NCBI GenBank assembly: GCA_043778225.1 | Contig: JAYWGM010000072.1 | Span: 1-64,000, forward strand | Source of the DNA: Deinococcales bacterium | GTDB taxonomy: Bacteria > Deinococcota > Deinococci > Deinococcales > JAAFIG01 | Length of the DNA: 64,000 nucleotides | Reading direction: 5' to 3' | Shown here: in pieces, positions 21,432 to 31,495 of the stretch | Position numbering within the stretch: position 1 is the first letter of the stretch | How the letters are laid out: each line of letters begins with the position of its first letter | The notes under the pieces: generated by a model | What the model was told of the DNA's origin: nothing | What the model saw: only the letters and a program-made list of their open reading frames with translations | The model's database searches: none | Made by a program: the position numbers and the translations under genes

Positions 21432-21992
21432 TTATGGTGCTATAAAAAATCCAAATCCCGCTTCAACTGGAAGACACTCAGCTTGATTCTTAAAATCTGT
21501 CTGTCCCGCCAATAGACGGCATATCTGAACCACAATGATTGCTGATTTATTTGTTGCAGTTGGCTTTACACCCTTTAAGCTAAAGGATTGAGTAATTGTG
21601 TCTGTCTTTGGGTCGACAACTATTTTTACTCGAGGAGCAAGCCTATCTGTACCTTGTGCTGGATTGAGAAACTCTAACTCTTCTGCTATTGGAAAATTTT
21701 CAGGAGTCCTAATACAAGCGTTGCTTGCAACAGTTGCATTAGGTACACCCCCACCAAATGCTTTCTGGTCACAAAAGACTAGAAAGACGGAATTTTTCGC
21801 ATCTCTAAATTCGGCGGCGAATGCAGACCCATTTGGATAGTAGCTGCTAAGATTGAACTCAAAGTTACCAGTGGCTGTATCCCCAACACGAGTAATTTGC
21901 TTATCAAATGTGATACTTGCCAGTGGGAATTTTTCACACGAGACAAATCCTACGCTTGCTACTGCCAAAAGAGCCGATAAAATCTTTTTCAT
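21432..21992 (-). CDS. Hypothetical lipoprotein
   Basis: MKKIL..GFVSC lipobox; AT-rich relative to neighbours. Confidence 0.75.
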   Translation of the reverse strand: MKKILSALLAVASVGFVSCEKFPLASITFDKQITRVGDTATGNFEFNLSSYYPNGSAFAAEFRDAKNSVFLVFCDQKAFGGGVPNATVASNACIRTPENFPIAEELEFLNPAQGTDRLAPRVKIVVDPKTDTITQSFSLKGVKPTATNKSAIIVVQICRLLAGQTDFKNQAECLPVEAGFGFFIAP

Positions 21993-22037
21993 ATTTACCC
22001 CGATACTTGTTGCAGGCGTATAGTAGTTCTCTCACGC

Positions 22038-22108
22038 GGGTGGGTACAAGACCCACCCCTACGTTTGGAACATGGTTTTTCGTAGGGCGCGACCCTTGTG
22101 GTCGCCCT
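22038..22108. repeat. Pair of inverted GTAG-type REP palindromes
   Basis: gggtgggt-acaag-acccaccc-ctac and gtagggcgcgacc-cttgt-ggtcgccct. Confidence 0.7.
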
Positions 22109-22330
22109 GTTTTTGTAACGTAATGGACTTATGTAAGAGGTCTATTCTATCTGCTATTCAAGATAAAAAGTGATGTACACAAAATTACTTTTTATGGTCA
22201 TACATAATTACGAAATCTCAACAAAGGGTCTGGCATTCGGGGTTTCTCAAGACTCGAGTGCGAATAAAAGTTTGCTGGGGTTTTGCAAAGAAATCAACAA
22301 AAGCCCATCAAAAGAGTTGGCTACTTTCAA

Positions 22331-22456
22331 TTATCGGGAAGTGATGCCACCACCGCCACCACTACCACCGAGATGTGATTCTGGATTTGCAAATCCGATC
22401 GAGAAAAAACCACCAATTGCCATCAATGCCACAACAAACCGAATTACTTTTTGCAT
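22331..22456 (-). CDS. 41-aa secreted Gly-rich peptide MQKVIRFVVALMAIGGFFSIGFANPESHLGGSGGGGGITSR
   Basis: AGGAGG RBS ~5 nt before ATG; Sec-type signal peptide ending GFA; below ORF-track cutoff. Confidence 0.75.
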   Translation of the reverse strand: MQKVIRFVVALMAIGGFFSIGFANPESHLGGSGGGGGITSR

Positions 22457-22502
22457 AAGAGCCTCCTAAATACCTTTGTGGCAAAAAGTTATTGTTTGGC
22501 TG

Positions 22503-22557
22503 CTGAACAAGTTCTGATAAGTTACTGAACAAGCACTGAACAAGCACTGATAACGTG
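22503..22557. promoter_or_regulatory. Five direct repeats with exact 11-bp period (candidate SARP-type operator)
   Basis: CTGA at 22503, 22514, 22525, 22536, 22547 (ctgaacaag / ctgataag). Confidence 0.7.
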
Positions 22558-22571
22558 TATACTTGGACAAT

Positions 22572-24515
22572 ATGGGGCTCCATCCTTTACACAACCTGAT
22601 TTTGGATGGACAAGAAGGCAAAGCCCTCGAACTGTATCAGGCACTGAGTACACCAGATGCACCAGATGACCGTTGGGCTGGATGTGCTTTGTTGGCACTC
22701 AATCAGCCCTTAAAAGCCAAAGATTTATTGATTCGAGCAGTGGCTCGAGGTTGCCTTGCAGCACGCACTGAATTGGCTGCTGCATATCGTATTTTGGGTG
22801 AACATCAACACGCCCATAGCGAAATAGAAGCCGCTATTTTAGACATACCCATAGAGTTTATTGCAAACCATACCGAAGCGAATCTTAACCGCGCCTTGTT
22901 ATTGCATGAATTGGCAATCCAGCAACAAGCCTTAGGAGACCAAGAAGGAGCATTAGAAACGCTTGAAATAGCTTGGGTAGCGACTTTAAGCTACTATGAG
23001 TTATCACGATTGCGCTGTGGTATCGCACAGGTTCAAGCTCATATCTATATGAACCAACGCCGCTATGCTCGAGCCGAATACCACTTTACTACTGCGCTAG
23101 AAAGCAATGGTGTTCCCGCTCGGGCGGCTCGAGTCTTACTTAATCGAGCCTATTGTCATTTGTACCAAAGCGACTACACAAGCGCCCAGCACGACCTTGA
23201 TTTGGTGCGCCAAAAACTGGGCTTTGTGCCAAGTTTGGCTGCCAACCTCGAGTATGTGGTTGGCGTGGTCAATCGCGCACTGGGGCATTGGTCGTTGGCA
23301 ATTGCGGCATTTGAATTGGCTTCGAGCATTGCCCGTAAAAACGAAGATTTGGATGTGGCTTTTCATGCTGAACTGTGCTTGGCAGCTTGTCAGACAACCC
23401 TCGAGCGTTTTGAAAATGCCGAAATGCACTTGGCTCGAGCCAAGAAAATCAAAAACCTTTCGGTACGCGATACCGCCTTTCTCGAGTGGCGTTCGGGGCA
23501 GGTATTGAGTCCAACCAACCCAAAACAAGCCTTGGAGCATTTAGCTCGAGCCAAAACTGCTTTTGTACAACTGCATATGCCACGCGAACTGATTGGTGTG
23601 TTTTTGCATTTGTGCAATGCGTATCTGTATTTAGCCGACTCAGAGTCAGCCCTTGATGCCTTACAAGCTGCCGCCCATATTGCTTTTGAAAGCGAAGACG
23701 GCACAGCCTTACTTGAACTGAGCGGCTTACCTCGAGTCCAACAACTCTTAAAATCAGATGCTCCCGCCCCTTGGCGCAAAGCATTGATGCCAAACACCTC
23801 GCTTGTCGTTCCAAAAGTTATTCAGTCTATTCAGTTGGTCACGCTGGGGGCAGTCGAACTTAAAGTTGACGGCAACGGGCTTTACTTGCGGATGAACCGC
23901 ACCGTTGAAATTATGGCTTATCTGTTAAAAAATCCGAACATCGGCATCGAAAAAATCCTTGTCACTTTATTCGCCGACATAGACCCTCGTAAAGCCAGTA
24001 ATTATTTTCATAAAGCCCGTCAGATGTTAAAAGTCGCCACCAGTGCAATCTGGATTGATTTTGATAGCCACAAAAAAACCTATGCCGTCAAAACCCACGC
24101 CAATTTATACTGGGATGCACAAGCCATTCAGCAAATTCTCAGCACGGCTGAGGATAATAAAATCATCAGCGCAATCAGTGCTTACGCTGGTGAATTCTTA
24201 CCCACCGCCAGTTGCGAATGGGCTATCGAGGAGCGCGAAGCCTTGGCATGGAGCATCATCAAAGTCGGACTCGAGACGCTGCAACGCTGGTACGAAAGCG
24301 GCGAGCATCAAAAGTGCTTGTCTTTAGCCCATCGGCTGCTCGAGATTGACCCATTCAACACCGCGATTCACGAATTTATTATCAACACCACGCTCTCGCT
24401 CGAGGGTGAATTGGCAGCCAAGCGCGAATTATTACGCGCCAGCCGCCGTTTTGTCGAGAATTTTGGTGAAGTCCCGATCGAATTTGACCGTTTACGCAAT
24501 ATGCTCTTAAATTAA
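22572..24515 (+). CDS. TPR-repeat + wHTH-BTAD transcriptional regulator
   Basis: N-terminal TPR helices; LVTLG, YAGEFLP..CEWAIEERE, LLEIDPFN; TATACT at 22558-22563. Confidence 0.85.
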   Translation: MGLHPLHNLILDGQEGKALELYQALSTPDAPDDRWAGCALLALNQPLKAKDLLIRAVARGCLAARTELAAAYRILGEHQHAHSEIEAAILDIPIEFIANHTEANLNRALLLHELAIQQQALGDQEGALETLEIAWVATLSYYELSRLRCGIAQVQAHIYMNQRRYARAEYHFTTALESNGVPARAARVLLNRAYCHLYQSDYTSAQHDLDLVRQKLGFVPSLAANLEYVVGVVNRALGHWSLAIAAFELASSIARKNEDLDVAFHAELCLAACQTTLERFENAEMHLARAKKIKNLSVRDTAFLEWRSGQVLSPTNPKQALEHLARAKTAFVQLHMPRELIGVFLHLCNAYLYLADSESALDALQAAAHIAFESEDGTALLELSGLPRVQQLLKSDAPAPWRKALMPNTSLVVPKVIQSIQLVTLGAVELKVDGNGLYLRMNRTVEIMAYLLKNPNIGIEKILVTLFADIDPRKASNYFHKARQMLKVATSAIWIDFDSHKKTYAVKTHANLYWDAQAIQQILSTAEDNKIISAISAYAGEFLPTASCEWAIEEREALAWSIIKVGLETLQRWYESGEHQKCLSLAHRLLEIDPFNTAIHEFIINTTLSLEGELAAKRELLRASRRFVENFGEVPIEFDRLRNMLLN

Positions 24516-25135
24516 GAGCCGATGTATTTTTCCCAAGCGATGTCGAGTTTTGGCGCTTGTCCATAGGCGGTCGAAAAGACAAATTTAGGTGCAAATGGCT
24601 CGCGGATGAGCTTCATTTTGGCTTCGTATGGGGTGCGGTCGCGCTTTTTGCTGTTGCATTCGCGGCAAGCTGTAACGATATTTTCCCAAGAGTTGCGTCC
24701 GCCTCTCGAGCGTGGTGTAACATGGTCAAGCGTTAAATCGCCACCGGGTTTACCACAAAACTGGCAAACATGGTTATCGCGGCGAAAAACATTGCGGCGG
24801 TTAAAAGCGATATGAAAACGCGGTGGGCGCTTGACGTATTTCATCAAGCGAATTACGCTTGGAACTGGAATTTGGGTGCTTGGCGAGTGCAAAAAAGCAT
24901 CTTCTTTGTCTTCGATTCGCATCGCAATATCCGACATTAAGAGTGTAATCGCCCGTTTGATGCTGCAAACGTGCAATGGCTCGTAGGAGGCATTTAAGAC
25001 AAGCACCGTCGGCGCATTGAGGTTAATACCTCGAGTACGCGACGGCGCTGATTCATCATCAGGCGGCGCTACTATGTCTGGTTCTTGTTCCTCGAACAAT
25101 TCCTCGAAGGTATGTTGACGCTTTACTTTCGGCAT
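24512..25135 (-). CDS. HNH endonuclease (McrA-like)
   Basis: VLVLNASYEPL, RDNHVCQFCG, LTLDHVTPRSRGG, NIVTACRECN. Confidence 0.92.
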   Translation of the reverse strand: MPKVKRQHTFEELFEEQEPDIVAPPDDESAPSRTRGINLNAPTVLVLNASYEPLHVCSIKRAITLLMSDIAMRIEDKEDAFLHSPSTQIPVPSVIRLMKYVKRPPRFHIAFNRRNVFRRDNHVCQFCGKPGGDLTLDHVTPRSRGGRNSWENIVTACRECNSKKRDRTPYEAKMKLIREPFAPKFVFSTAYGQAPKLDIAWEKYIGS

Positions 25136-25314
25136 GATGACACTCCACTCGGCGCGGGCAAACGCACCATAAATTCTCGAGCAAAGATGCTGTGGCTCGA
25201 GTGACCTCATTGTACATCAGACTCGAGTCTAAGTTCATGTGCCAATTGGCGGATTAGAGCAACAAAAAGGGCTTACCGTAGCAAGCCCCCACAACCGCGA
25301 ACATGGTGTTGGTT

Positions 25315-25740
25315 TTATGCCTCGAGCGTGGCTTCAAGCTCCATTGGCACAGCACTTAACGCCTTAGAAACAATACAACCCGTCTTGGTACTTTCTGCAA
25401 ACTCATGGAATTTCTCGCTACTTAAACCCGGTACTTTGGCTCGAGTTACCAATTTCAGCTTAGAAATAACCATGCCATCACCGATTTTTTCGACCGTACA
25501 ATTGCCTTCGGTGGTCACATATTCGGCTGCAAAACCATTGGCTGCAAGGGCTGCATTGAGTGCCATGCTGTAGCAACCAGCGTGTGCTGCCGCAATCAAT
25601 TCCTCTGGGTTTGTGCCAGCACCATCTTCAAAACGGCTCGAGAAGGCGTACTGCATATCTAAGCCGCTCTGACCTGTGAGGTGTCCTTTACCTTCTTTGA
25701 GTGTTCCTGTCCAAGTGGCAACTGCTTTACGTGTTGGCAT
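25315..25740 (-). CDS. osmC: OsmC family peroxiredoxin
   Basis: WTGTLKEGKG, GTNPEELIAAAHAGCYSMAL, CIVSKAL. Confidence 0.92.
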   Translation of the reverse strand: MPTRKAVATWTGTLKEGKGHLTGQSGLDMQYAFSSRFEDGAGTNPEELIAAAHAGCYSMALNAALAANGFAAEYVTTEGNCTVEKIGDGMVISKLKLVTRAKVPGLSSEKFHEFAESTKTGCIVSKALSAVPMELEATLEA

Positions 25741-25858
25741 AATTTGTTTCTCCTTGTTTCACATCCTAAAAGTAAACGACAAATGGGTGTGTTGTCTAGC
25801 TTGCACTCGAGCTACAGCATAGCTTGCACTCGAGCCAAAAAAGCCGCATACTCGAGAG

Positions 25859-26509
25859 GTGCATTTATATTTAGATACCGCCATCGTTGAAGAAGTCCGT
25901 GAAATCGCGGCTTGGGGTGTTTTGAGTGGTTGTACCACCAATCCGAGTTTGATTCTTGCCTCGGGTCGTAAATTCGAGGAGGTCATTTCTGAGATTATCG
26001 AACTGGTCAAAGGTCCGGTTTCTGCCGAAGTGACTGCTTTGGATACGGCTGGCATGATTAGCCAAGGCAAGGAACTGCGAAAAATCTCAAATCATGTCGT
26101 GGTCAAGCTGCCGACCAACCCACAAGGACTGGCGGCGTGTCGTGCGCTCTCCGACGACGGACATCCAGTCAACATGACCCTCTGCTTTTCGATGAACCAA
26201 GCGATTTTAATGGCTCGAGCCGGCGCGACCTATATTTCCCCATTTCTTGGGCGCGTAGACGACATCAGCCAAGATGGAATGCAACTGATTAAAGATATTC
26301 GTTTGATGCTCGACACCCACGACTTAAAAAGTCAAATTATTGCCGCCAGTATTCGTCACCCCATGCACGTTCATCAAGCTGCCTTGGCAGGGGCGCACAT
26401 TGGCACGATGCCTGTTAAAATTTTTCAGATGCTGATTAAGCACCCACTGACCGACGCGGGGTTAGAAAAATTCAACAGCGATTGGGAAAAAGCCAAGAAA
26501 AACCAATAA
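25859..26509 (+). CDS. tal: Transaldolase / fructose-6-phosphate aldolase (TalC/Fsa type)
   Basis: LYLDTA, GCTTNPSL, VVKLP, YISPFLGR, AASIRHP. Confidence 0.9.
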   Translation: MHLYLDTAIVEEVREIAAWGVLSGCTTNPSLILASGRKFEEVISEIIELVKGPVSAEVTALDTAGMISQGKELRKISNHVVVKLPTNPQGLAACRALSDDGHPVNMTLCFSMNQAILMARAGATYISPFLGRVDDISQDGMQLIKDIRLMLDTHDLKSQIIAASIRHPMHVHQAALAGAHIGTMPVKIFQMLIKHPLTDAGLEKFNSDWEKAKKNQ

Positions 26510-26608
26510 AAACTTTCATCTCCTCGAGTAATGCAGTAATTTAGTGCTGTGACCCAAGAGTCGTCCAAGATATGGTCTTGAAAGTTCTAAAAATGATAGC
26601 TTCTGCCC

Positions 26609-29539
26609 ATGAACCCAGAATACACAGTTGGACAAAACATCGGTGGTTACACCGTGACTCGAGTCAAAGCCTACAAACAAGTCCAAGGCACCTATTACGA
26701 ACTCAGGCACAACGCCACTGGCGCAAAACACTTGCATATTGCTTGCCCAGACGACAACAACGCTTTTACCGTGACCTTCCCAACCATTCCCCAAGATGAC
26801 ACCGGTGTGGCGCATATTTTGGAGCATATCGTCTTGTGCGGCTCGGAAAAATTCCCAGTTCGAGACCCATTTTTTAGTATGCTTCCACGCAGCTTAAACA
26901 CCTTTATGAACGCCATGACCTCGAGTGCTTGGACAACCTACCCGTTTAGCACCCGCAACCAGAAGGACTTTTTTAATCTGCTCGAGGTTTATTTGGATGC
27001 TACTTTCTTTCCTAAAATTTCCGAAGAAGCCTATAAGCAAGAAGCCTGGCGTTTTGAATTTGCCGATGGCGCAGATGCCAGCACGCCGCTCGAGTACAAA
27101 GGCATTGTATTTAACGAAATGAAAGGCGCAATGGCAGATGTCAGCAGCCGCTTACACGATGCGCTCAGCAAAGCGATTTTCCCTGATATTACCTACAGCA
27201 ATAACTCGGGCGGCGAACCTGTCGCTATTCCCAACTTAACTTGGCAGAACTTGCGCGATTTCCATGCAACCCATTACCACCCGAGCAATGCCTACTTTTA
27301 CACTTATGGCAATTTTTCGCTGCAAGCAACCCTAAAAACCATTGAAGAAAATGTCTTGGGGCGTTTTACGAAGCTCGAGAAAAACTGGGGTATCCCCAAT
27401 CAGCCACGTTTTAGCGCCCCACGCCAGACCGAAGCCACGTATGCGATTGCCCCCAACGAAAACAGCAGCAAAAAAGCCCAAGTCGTGGTTTCGTGGTTGA
27501 CTGCGCCGATTACCCAAAGTTTTGAAATACTGGCACTGAGAATTTTGCAGCGTATTTTATTGGCAAACGCTGCCAGCCCACTGCGAAAAGCCTTGATTGA
27601 ATCGCATCTCGGCAGCGCCTTATCGGAAATGACGGGTCTAGACACCGACCCTCGAGAAGCCGTTTTTAGCACTGGCTTAAAAGATGTGGATGTGGCTGAT
27701 ACTGATAAAATCCAAAACCTGATTCTCGAGACCTTAGCCCAAGTTGCCAACCAAGGCGTGGACGAAACAATGGTGGACGCAGCAATTCACCGTTTTGAAA
27801 TCGAATCTCGAGAAGTCAGCAATGCCGGTTTTCCATTTGCCTTTAAGCCGGCTTTTACCGCCATTGGGGCTTATTTGTATGGTGGCGACCCGTTTAGTGC
27901 TTTGCAGTTTGATGCCGACCTTGAGCAATTGCAATCAGAGCGCCGCAAAGAACATTTCTTTGAAAACTTAATCAAAAAGTACCTGCTCGAGAATCCGCAT
28001 CGTGTGACTTTGGTCTTAAAACCCGACCCAGACCTCACCGCCCGCGAGGAAGCAGCCGAAAAAGCCAAACTTGAAGCAATCAAGCAACAACTCTCGAGCC
28101 TTGAAACCGAACAACTGATAGAAGATGCCGCCAAGCTCGAAGCCGACCAAAATGCTGTCCAAAACTTTGATGTATTGCCAAGCCTCGAGTTATCCGATGT
28201 GCCGATGGATTTTGAAGATGTACCGCACAGCCTCGAAACGATCCACGGCGCAACGGTTGGACTGTTTGCCCAACCGACCCAAGGCTTGACCTATTTGGAT
28301 TTCAATGTTGACTTTAGCGGTTTAAGTGCCAGCCACAAAGCCTTATTGCCATTTTTAGCGTTTACCCTGACCAAAATGGGCGCAGGAAACAGCAACTACC
28401 TCGAGATGGCAAACCGCATCGAAGCCAAGACTGGTGGAATCAATGCTGGGATTGGGTTTCGCCGCGCCCCAAATGACCTCAACACCGTGCGCCAGAGCTT
28501 TGCTTTAAGCGTCAAGACCCTACACCGCAACCTAGAAGCTGCTTTTGGAATTCTGCACGATTACCTGACCCAAGCCCAATTTGACCGCGCTCACCTCAAA
28601 AATCTACTTGGTATGTACAAAGCCAGCCTCGATAACCGCGTTTCTAGCGCCGGTCATGCCTATGCTGCCAAAATTGCCGAAGCCCAGTTATCCACCCTTG
28701 GGGCATTGCGCGAAACCATGGAAGGCATCACCCATGTGCGCCTTGCTAAAGAACTGGCAACTCGAGACGAAGCGGGCTTAGACCATCTGATTGCCGAATT
28801 CCAGCAGATGATGTCCGCCCTTTTTCGGGCTGGTCTGGCTCGAGTCTGTATTACCACCGATAGCGAACAACTGGAAAACGTCAAAACCCAAATGACGGCA
28901 CTCTTGGCGGCTTTACCGCCCGAAGCGCCTGTTGTCTCGAGCCACCTGCCCGAGGTTCACCCGCGCAGCCCTAAAGGCATTAGCGTTGCCACGCCCGTTG
29001 CCTACGATGTGGCGGTCTACACAACTGTGCCGTATATTCACCCCGATGCACCTAAGTTTATGGCGCTTTCGGAATATCTGCGAAACAGATATTTACACAA
29101 AGAAATCCGTGAAAAAGGTGGAGCATATGGCGGCTTTGCTTCTTCCAGCCGCGAAGATGGCGCTTTTGCGCTGCTTTCGTACCGCGACCCACACATCAAA
29201 CGCACTTTTGATATTTTCGAGGGGATTCATGAATTTATGGCACAACCTTTTGAAAAAGATGCCTTAAAAGAATCCATTTTGGCAGCCTGTGCCGACCTTG
29301 ACCCGTTGGGCAGCCCCGACACCAAAGGGCGCAGCCGCTTTTTTAACGACCTGAGCGGCTATACCTTAGCCGAACGTGCCAAATTTAAGCAGAACCTACT
29401 CGAGACCAGCGAAGCTGACCTGCGCCGAATTACCAAAGAATACTTACAAAACCCAAGTATTGCTGTGGTCTCGAGCCAAGAAAAACTCGAGGAAGCCAAT
29501 GCTTTGATGGGTGGGGTTTTTAGTATCGAAGCGGTCTAG
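26609..29539 (+). CDS. M16C insulinase-family metalloprotease (presequence protease-like)
   Basis: HILEHIVLCGS inverzincin motif, RSLNTFMNAMT, IREKGGAYG, SYRDP. Confidence 0.93.
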   Translation: MNPEYTVGQNIGGYTVTRVKAYKQVQGTYYELRHNATGAKHLHIACPDDNNAFTVTFPTIPQDDTGVAHILEHIVLCGSEKFPVRDPFFSMLPRSLNTFMNAMTSSAWTTYPFSTRNQKDFFNLLEVYLDATFFPKISEEAYKQEAWRFEFADGADASTPLEYKGIVFNEMKGAMADVSSRLHDALSKAIFPDITYSNNSGGEPVAIPNLTWQNLRDFHATHYHPSNAYFYTYGNFSLQATLKTIEENVLGRFTKLEKNWGIPNQPRFSAPRQTEATYAIAPNENSSKKAQVVVSWLTAPITQSFEILALRILQRILLANAASPLRKALIESHLGSALSEMTGLDTDPREAVFSTGLKDVDVADTDKIQNLILETLAQVANQGVDETMVDAAIHRFEIESREVSNAGFPFAFKPAFTAIGAYLYGGDPFSALQFDADLEQLQSERRKEHFFENLIKKYLLENPHRVTLVLKPDPDLTAREEAAEKAKLEAIKQQLSSLETEQLIEDAAKLEADQNAVQNFDVLPSLELSDVPMDFEDVPHSLETIHGATVGLFAQPTQGLTYLDFNVDFSGLSASHKALLPFLAFTLTKMGAGNSNYLEMANRIEAKTGGINAGIGFRRAPNDLNTVRQSFALSVKTLHRNLEAAFGILHDYLTQAQFDRAHLKNLLGMYKASLDNRVSSAGHAYAAKIAEAQLSTLGALRETMEGITHVRLAKELATRDEAGLDHLIAEFQQMMSALFRAGLARVCITTDSEQLENVKTQMTALLAALPPEAPVVSSHLPEVHPRSPKGISVATPVAYDVAVYTTVPYIHPDAPKFMALSEYLRNRYLHKEIREKGGAYGGFASSSREDGAFALLSYRDPHIKRTFDIFEGIHEFMAQPFEKDALKESILAACADLDPLGSPDTKGRSRFFNDLSGYTLAERAKFKQNLLETSEADLRRITKEYLQNPSIAVVSSQEKLEEANALMGGVFSIEAV

Positions 29540-29625
29540 GTTAATGGCAAAAACGTTTCAAAACAAACCTCGAGCCATCCACTTGATTTGGGATTCTGTT
29601 TGTACCTCTGTTAGACTTAGCCAAG

Positions 29626-30573
29626 ATGATAGAAACTTCTTTTGACCGTAAACGCGGTGAGCGTGGGCGGGTGCTGCGTGACACAATCATTGCTTATATT
29701 TTTATGCTGCCAATGTTGGTGGTTAAAGTGTTATTTACCTTTTGGCCCATTATATTCGGCACACTTTTGGCGTTCGCCACTGTTAACATCGGCAAGGGCT
29801 TTTCGCTCGAGTTTGTGGGACTAAAAAACTTTGAGGAGTTATTTGGCTTTGGGTCTTTTGCTGGGCGCGGACCAGACCGAGATTTTTGGTATGGCTTAAC
29901 CAACAGCTTAAAGTATATTTTGGTTGTGCCGTTTATTCAGTTTTTAAGCATTGGACTCGCCATGTTGGTCAACCGCACGATTCCACTGATTGGTTTGTTT
30001 CGCACGGCTTTTTATGTCCCCGTCGTGACCAGTTTTTCAGTGGTTGGCTTAATGTGGCAATGGATGTACAACCAGTATGGACCAATCAATTTTATTTTGA
30101 CCAGTCTAGGCTTAATGGACGCAAAAAACCCAAGCAACATTCTCAATAATCCTTTTTTGGCACTCTGGGCAATTATGTTTGTGACCCTCTGGAAAGGCTT
30201 GGGCTACTACATGGTGCTGTACTTGGCGGGCTTACAAACCATAGACCGCAGTCTCGAGGAAGCGGCAGTGATAGATGGTGCGAATCGCTGGCAAGTCTTT
30301 TGGCACATCACCATTCCGGGTTTGCGCCCAACCATTTTGGTCTGTAGTTTACTCAGCACCATCAGCGCGATTAAAGTCTTTGAAGAAATTTTTACGATGA
30401 CGGCTGGCGGACCGGCTGGCAGCACCTATACCGCGATGTTTTTTATTTACAACAAAAGTTTTGGCGATTACCGCTTTGGCTATGCGGCGGCGGCTGGCTT
30501 GGTGGTCGCGGTGGTCAGTATGTTTTTTGCTTTTATAAACTTTAGATTGACTCGAGGAAACGACAATGCTTAA
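29626..30573 (+). CDS. Carbohydrate ABC transporter permease
   Basis: TM helices; EEAAVIDGA EAA loop. Confidence 0.92.
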   Translation: MIETSFDRKRGERGRVLRDTIIAYIFMLPMLVVKVLFTFWPIIFGTLLAFATVNIGKGFSLEFVGLKNFEELFGFGSFAGRGPDRDFWYGLTNSLKYILVVPFIQFLSIGLAMLVNRTIPLIGLFRTAFYVPVVTSFSVVGLMWQWMYNQYGPINFILTSLGLMDAKNPSNILNNPFLALWAIMFVTLWKGLGYYMVLYLAGLQTIDRSLEEAAVIDGANRWQVFWHITIPGLRPTILVCSLLSTISAIKVFEEIFTMTAGGPAGSTYTAMFFIYNKSFGDYRFGYAAAAGLVVAVVSMFFAFINFRLTRGNDNA

Positions 30574-31444
30574 TACCACTCCAGAAGCCCAAACCTTAAA
30601 ACGCAAACGCCAATTCCAGAAAAGACTCGAGAATTTTGGGGTCTACACGATTTTGGTTTTGGTGGCAATTTTAAGTATTTATCCATTTTTATGGACATTA
30701 CGCACCAGCTTTTCGACCTCAGGTGGGATTTTTGAATTTCCACCATCGCTCATTCCAACCGACCCAAGTTTTAAGAACTTTCTGACCGTCACCGAAATTG
30801 TACCGATTTTGCGCCAAGCCTTAAACAGCTTAATCATTTGCTTTTTTGGCGTGGTTGGCGCAATTATTGTCGCTGCACTCGGGGCGTATCCGCTCGCCAA
30901 AATGAAATTCTGGGGCAGAGATGCGATTTTTTATGCTTTAATTGCCACCTTGGTGCTACCCAACGAAGCTGGCTTAATCGTTAATTTTATTACTGTCTCG
31001 AGACTGGGTTTATTGGCAACCGACATCGGGCAGTATGCCGCCGTAATTTTGCCAGCTTTTGGCAGTGTGGCAAACGTTTTTTTGATGCGCCAAGCCTACT
31101 TGGGGATTCCAACCGAATTGCTCGAGGCAGCCCGAATAGATGGTGCTTCGGAACTGCGAATTTGGTGGAGCATCATGTTGCCACTAACGATGCCCACCAT
31201 TGCAGCCGTCAGCATTTTACAATTTGTGGCGTTCTGGAACAGTTTTTTATGGGCATTTATCGTTATGCGCGACCGCAATCTGTACCCCTTGAGTGCTGGT
31301 ATGCTCGATTTATCTGGTGCATTTGCCACCAACACAAGGGCGGTCAGTGCTGGGGCAGTGATTATGATGATTCCAATTTTAATCGTATTTTTGTTTTTCC
31401 AGCGTTACTTTATGCGTGGACTCGAGGGCGCAGTCAAGGGATAA
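30566..31444 (+). CDS. Carbohydrate ABC transporter permease
   Basis: ELLEAARIDGA EAA loop; WNSFLW. Confidence 0.92.
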   Translation: MLNTTPEAQTLKRKRQFQKRLENFGVYTILVLVAILSIYPFLWTLRTSFSTSGGIFEFPPSLIPTDPSFKNFLTVTEIVPILRQALNSLIICFFGVVGAIIVAALGAYPLAKMKFWGRDAIFYALIATLVLPNEAGLIVNFITVSRLGLLATDIGQYAAVILPAFGSVANVFLMRQAYLGIPTELLEAARIDGASELRIWWSIMLPLTMPTIAAVSILQFVAFWNSFLWAFIVMRDRNLYPLSAGMLDLSGAFATNTRAVSAGAVIMMIPILIVFLFFQRYFMRGLEGAVKG

Positions 31445-31477
31445 AAAAATCCCCTCGAGCCGACCGACTCGAGGGGA
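31443..31477. terminator. Intrinsic terminator between convergent genes; both stem arms contain CTCGAG
   Basis: A-tract then tcccctcgag-N8-ctcgagggga. Confidence 0.7.
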
Positions 31478-31495
31478 CATCTCCCGATAAAAGAG

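Noticed and set aside
24512..25135. HNH gene as an IscB/Cas9-like or defence nuclease
   Set aside because: Small stand-alone McrA-type HNH with no RuvC motifs, array or adjacent RNA.
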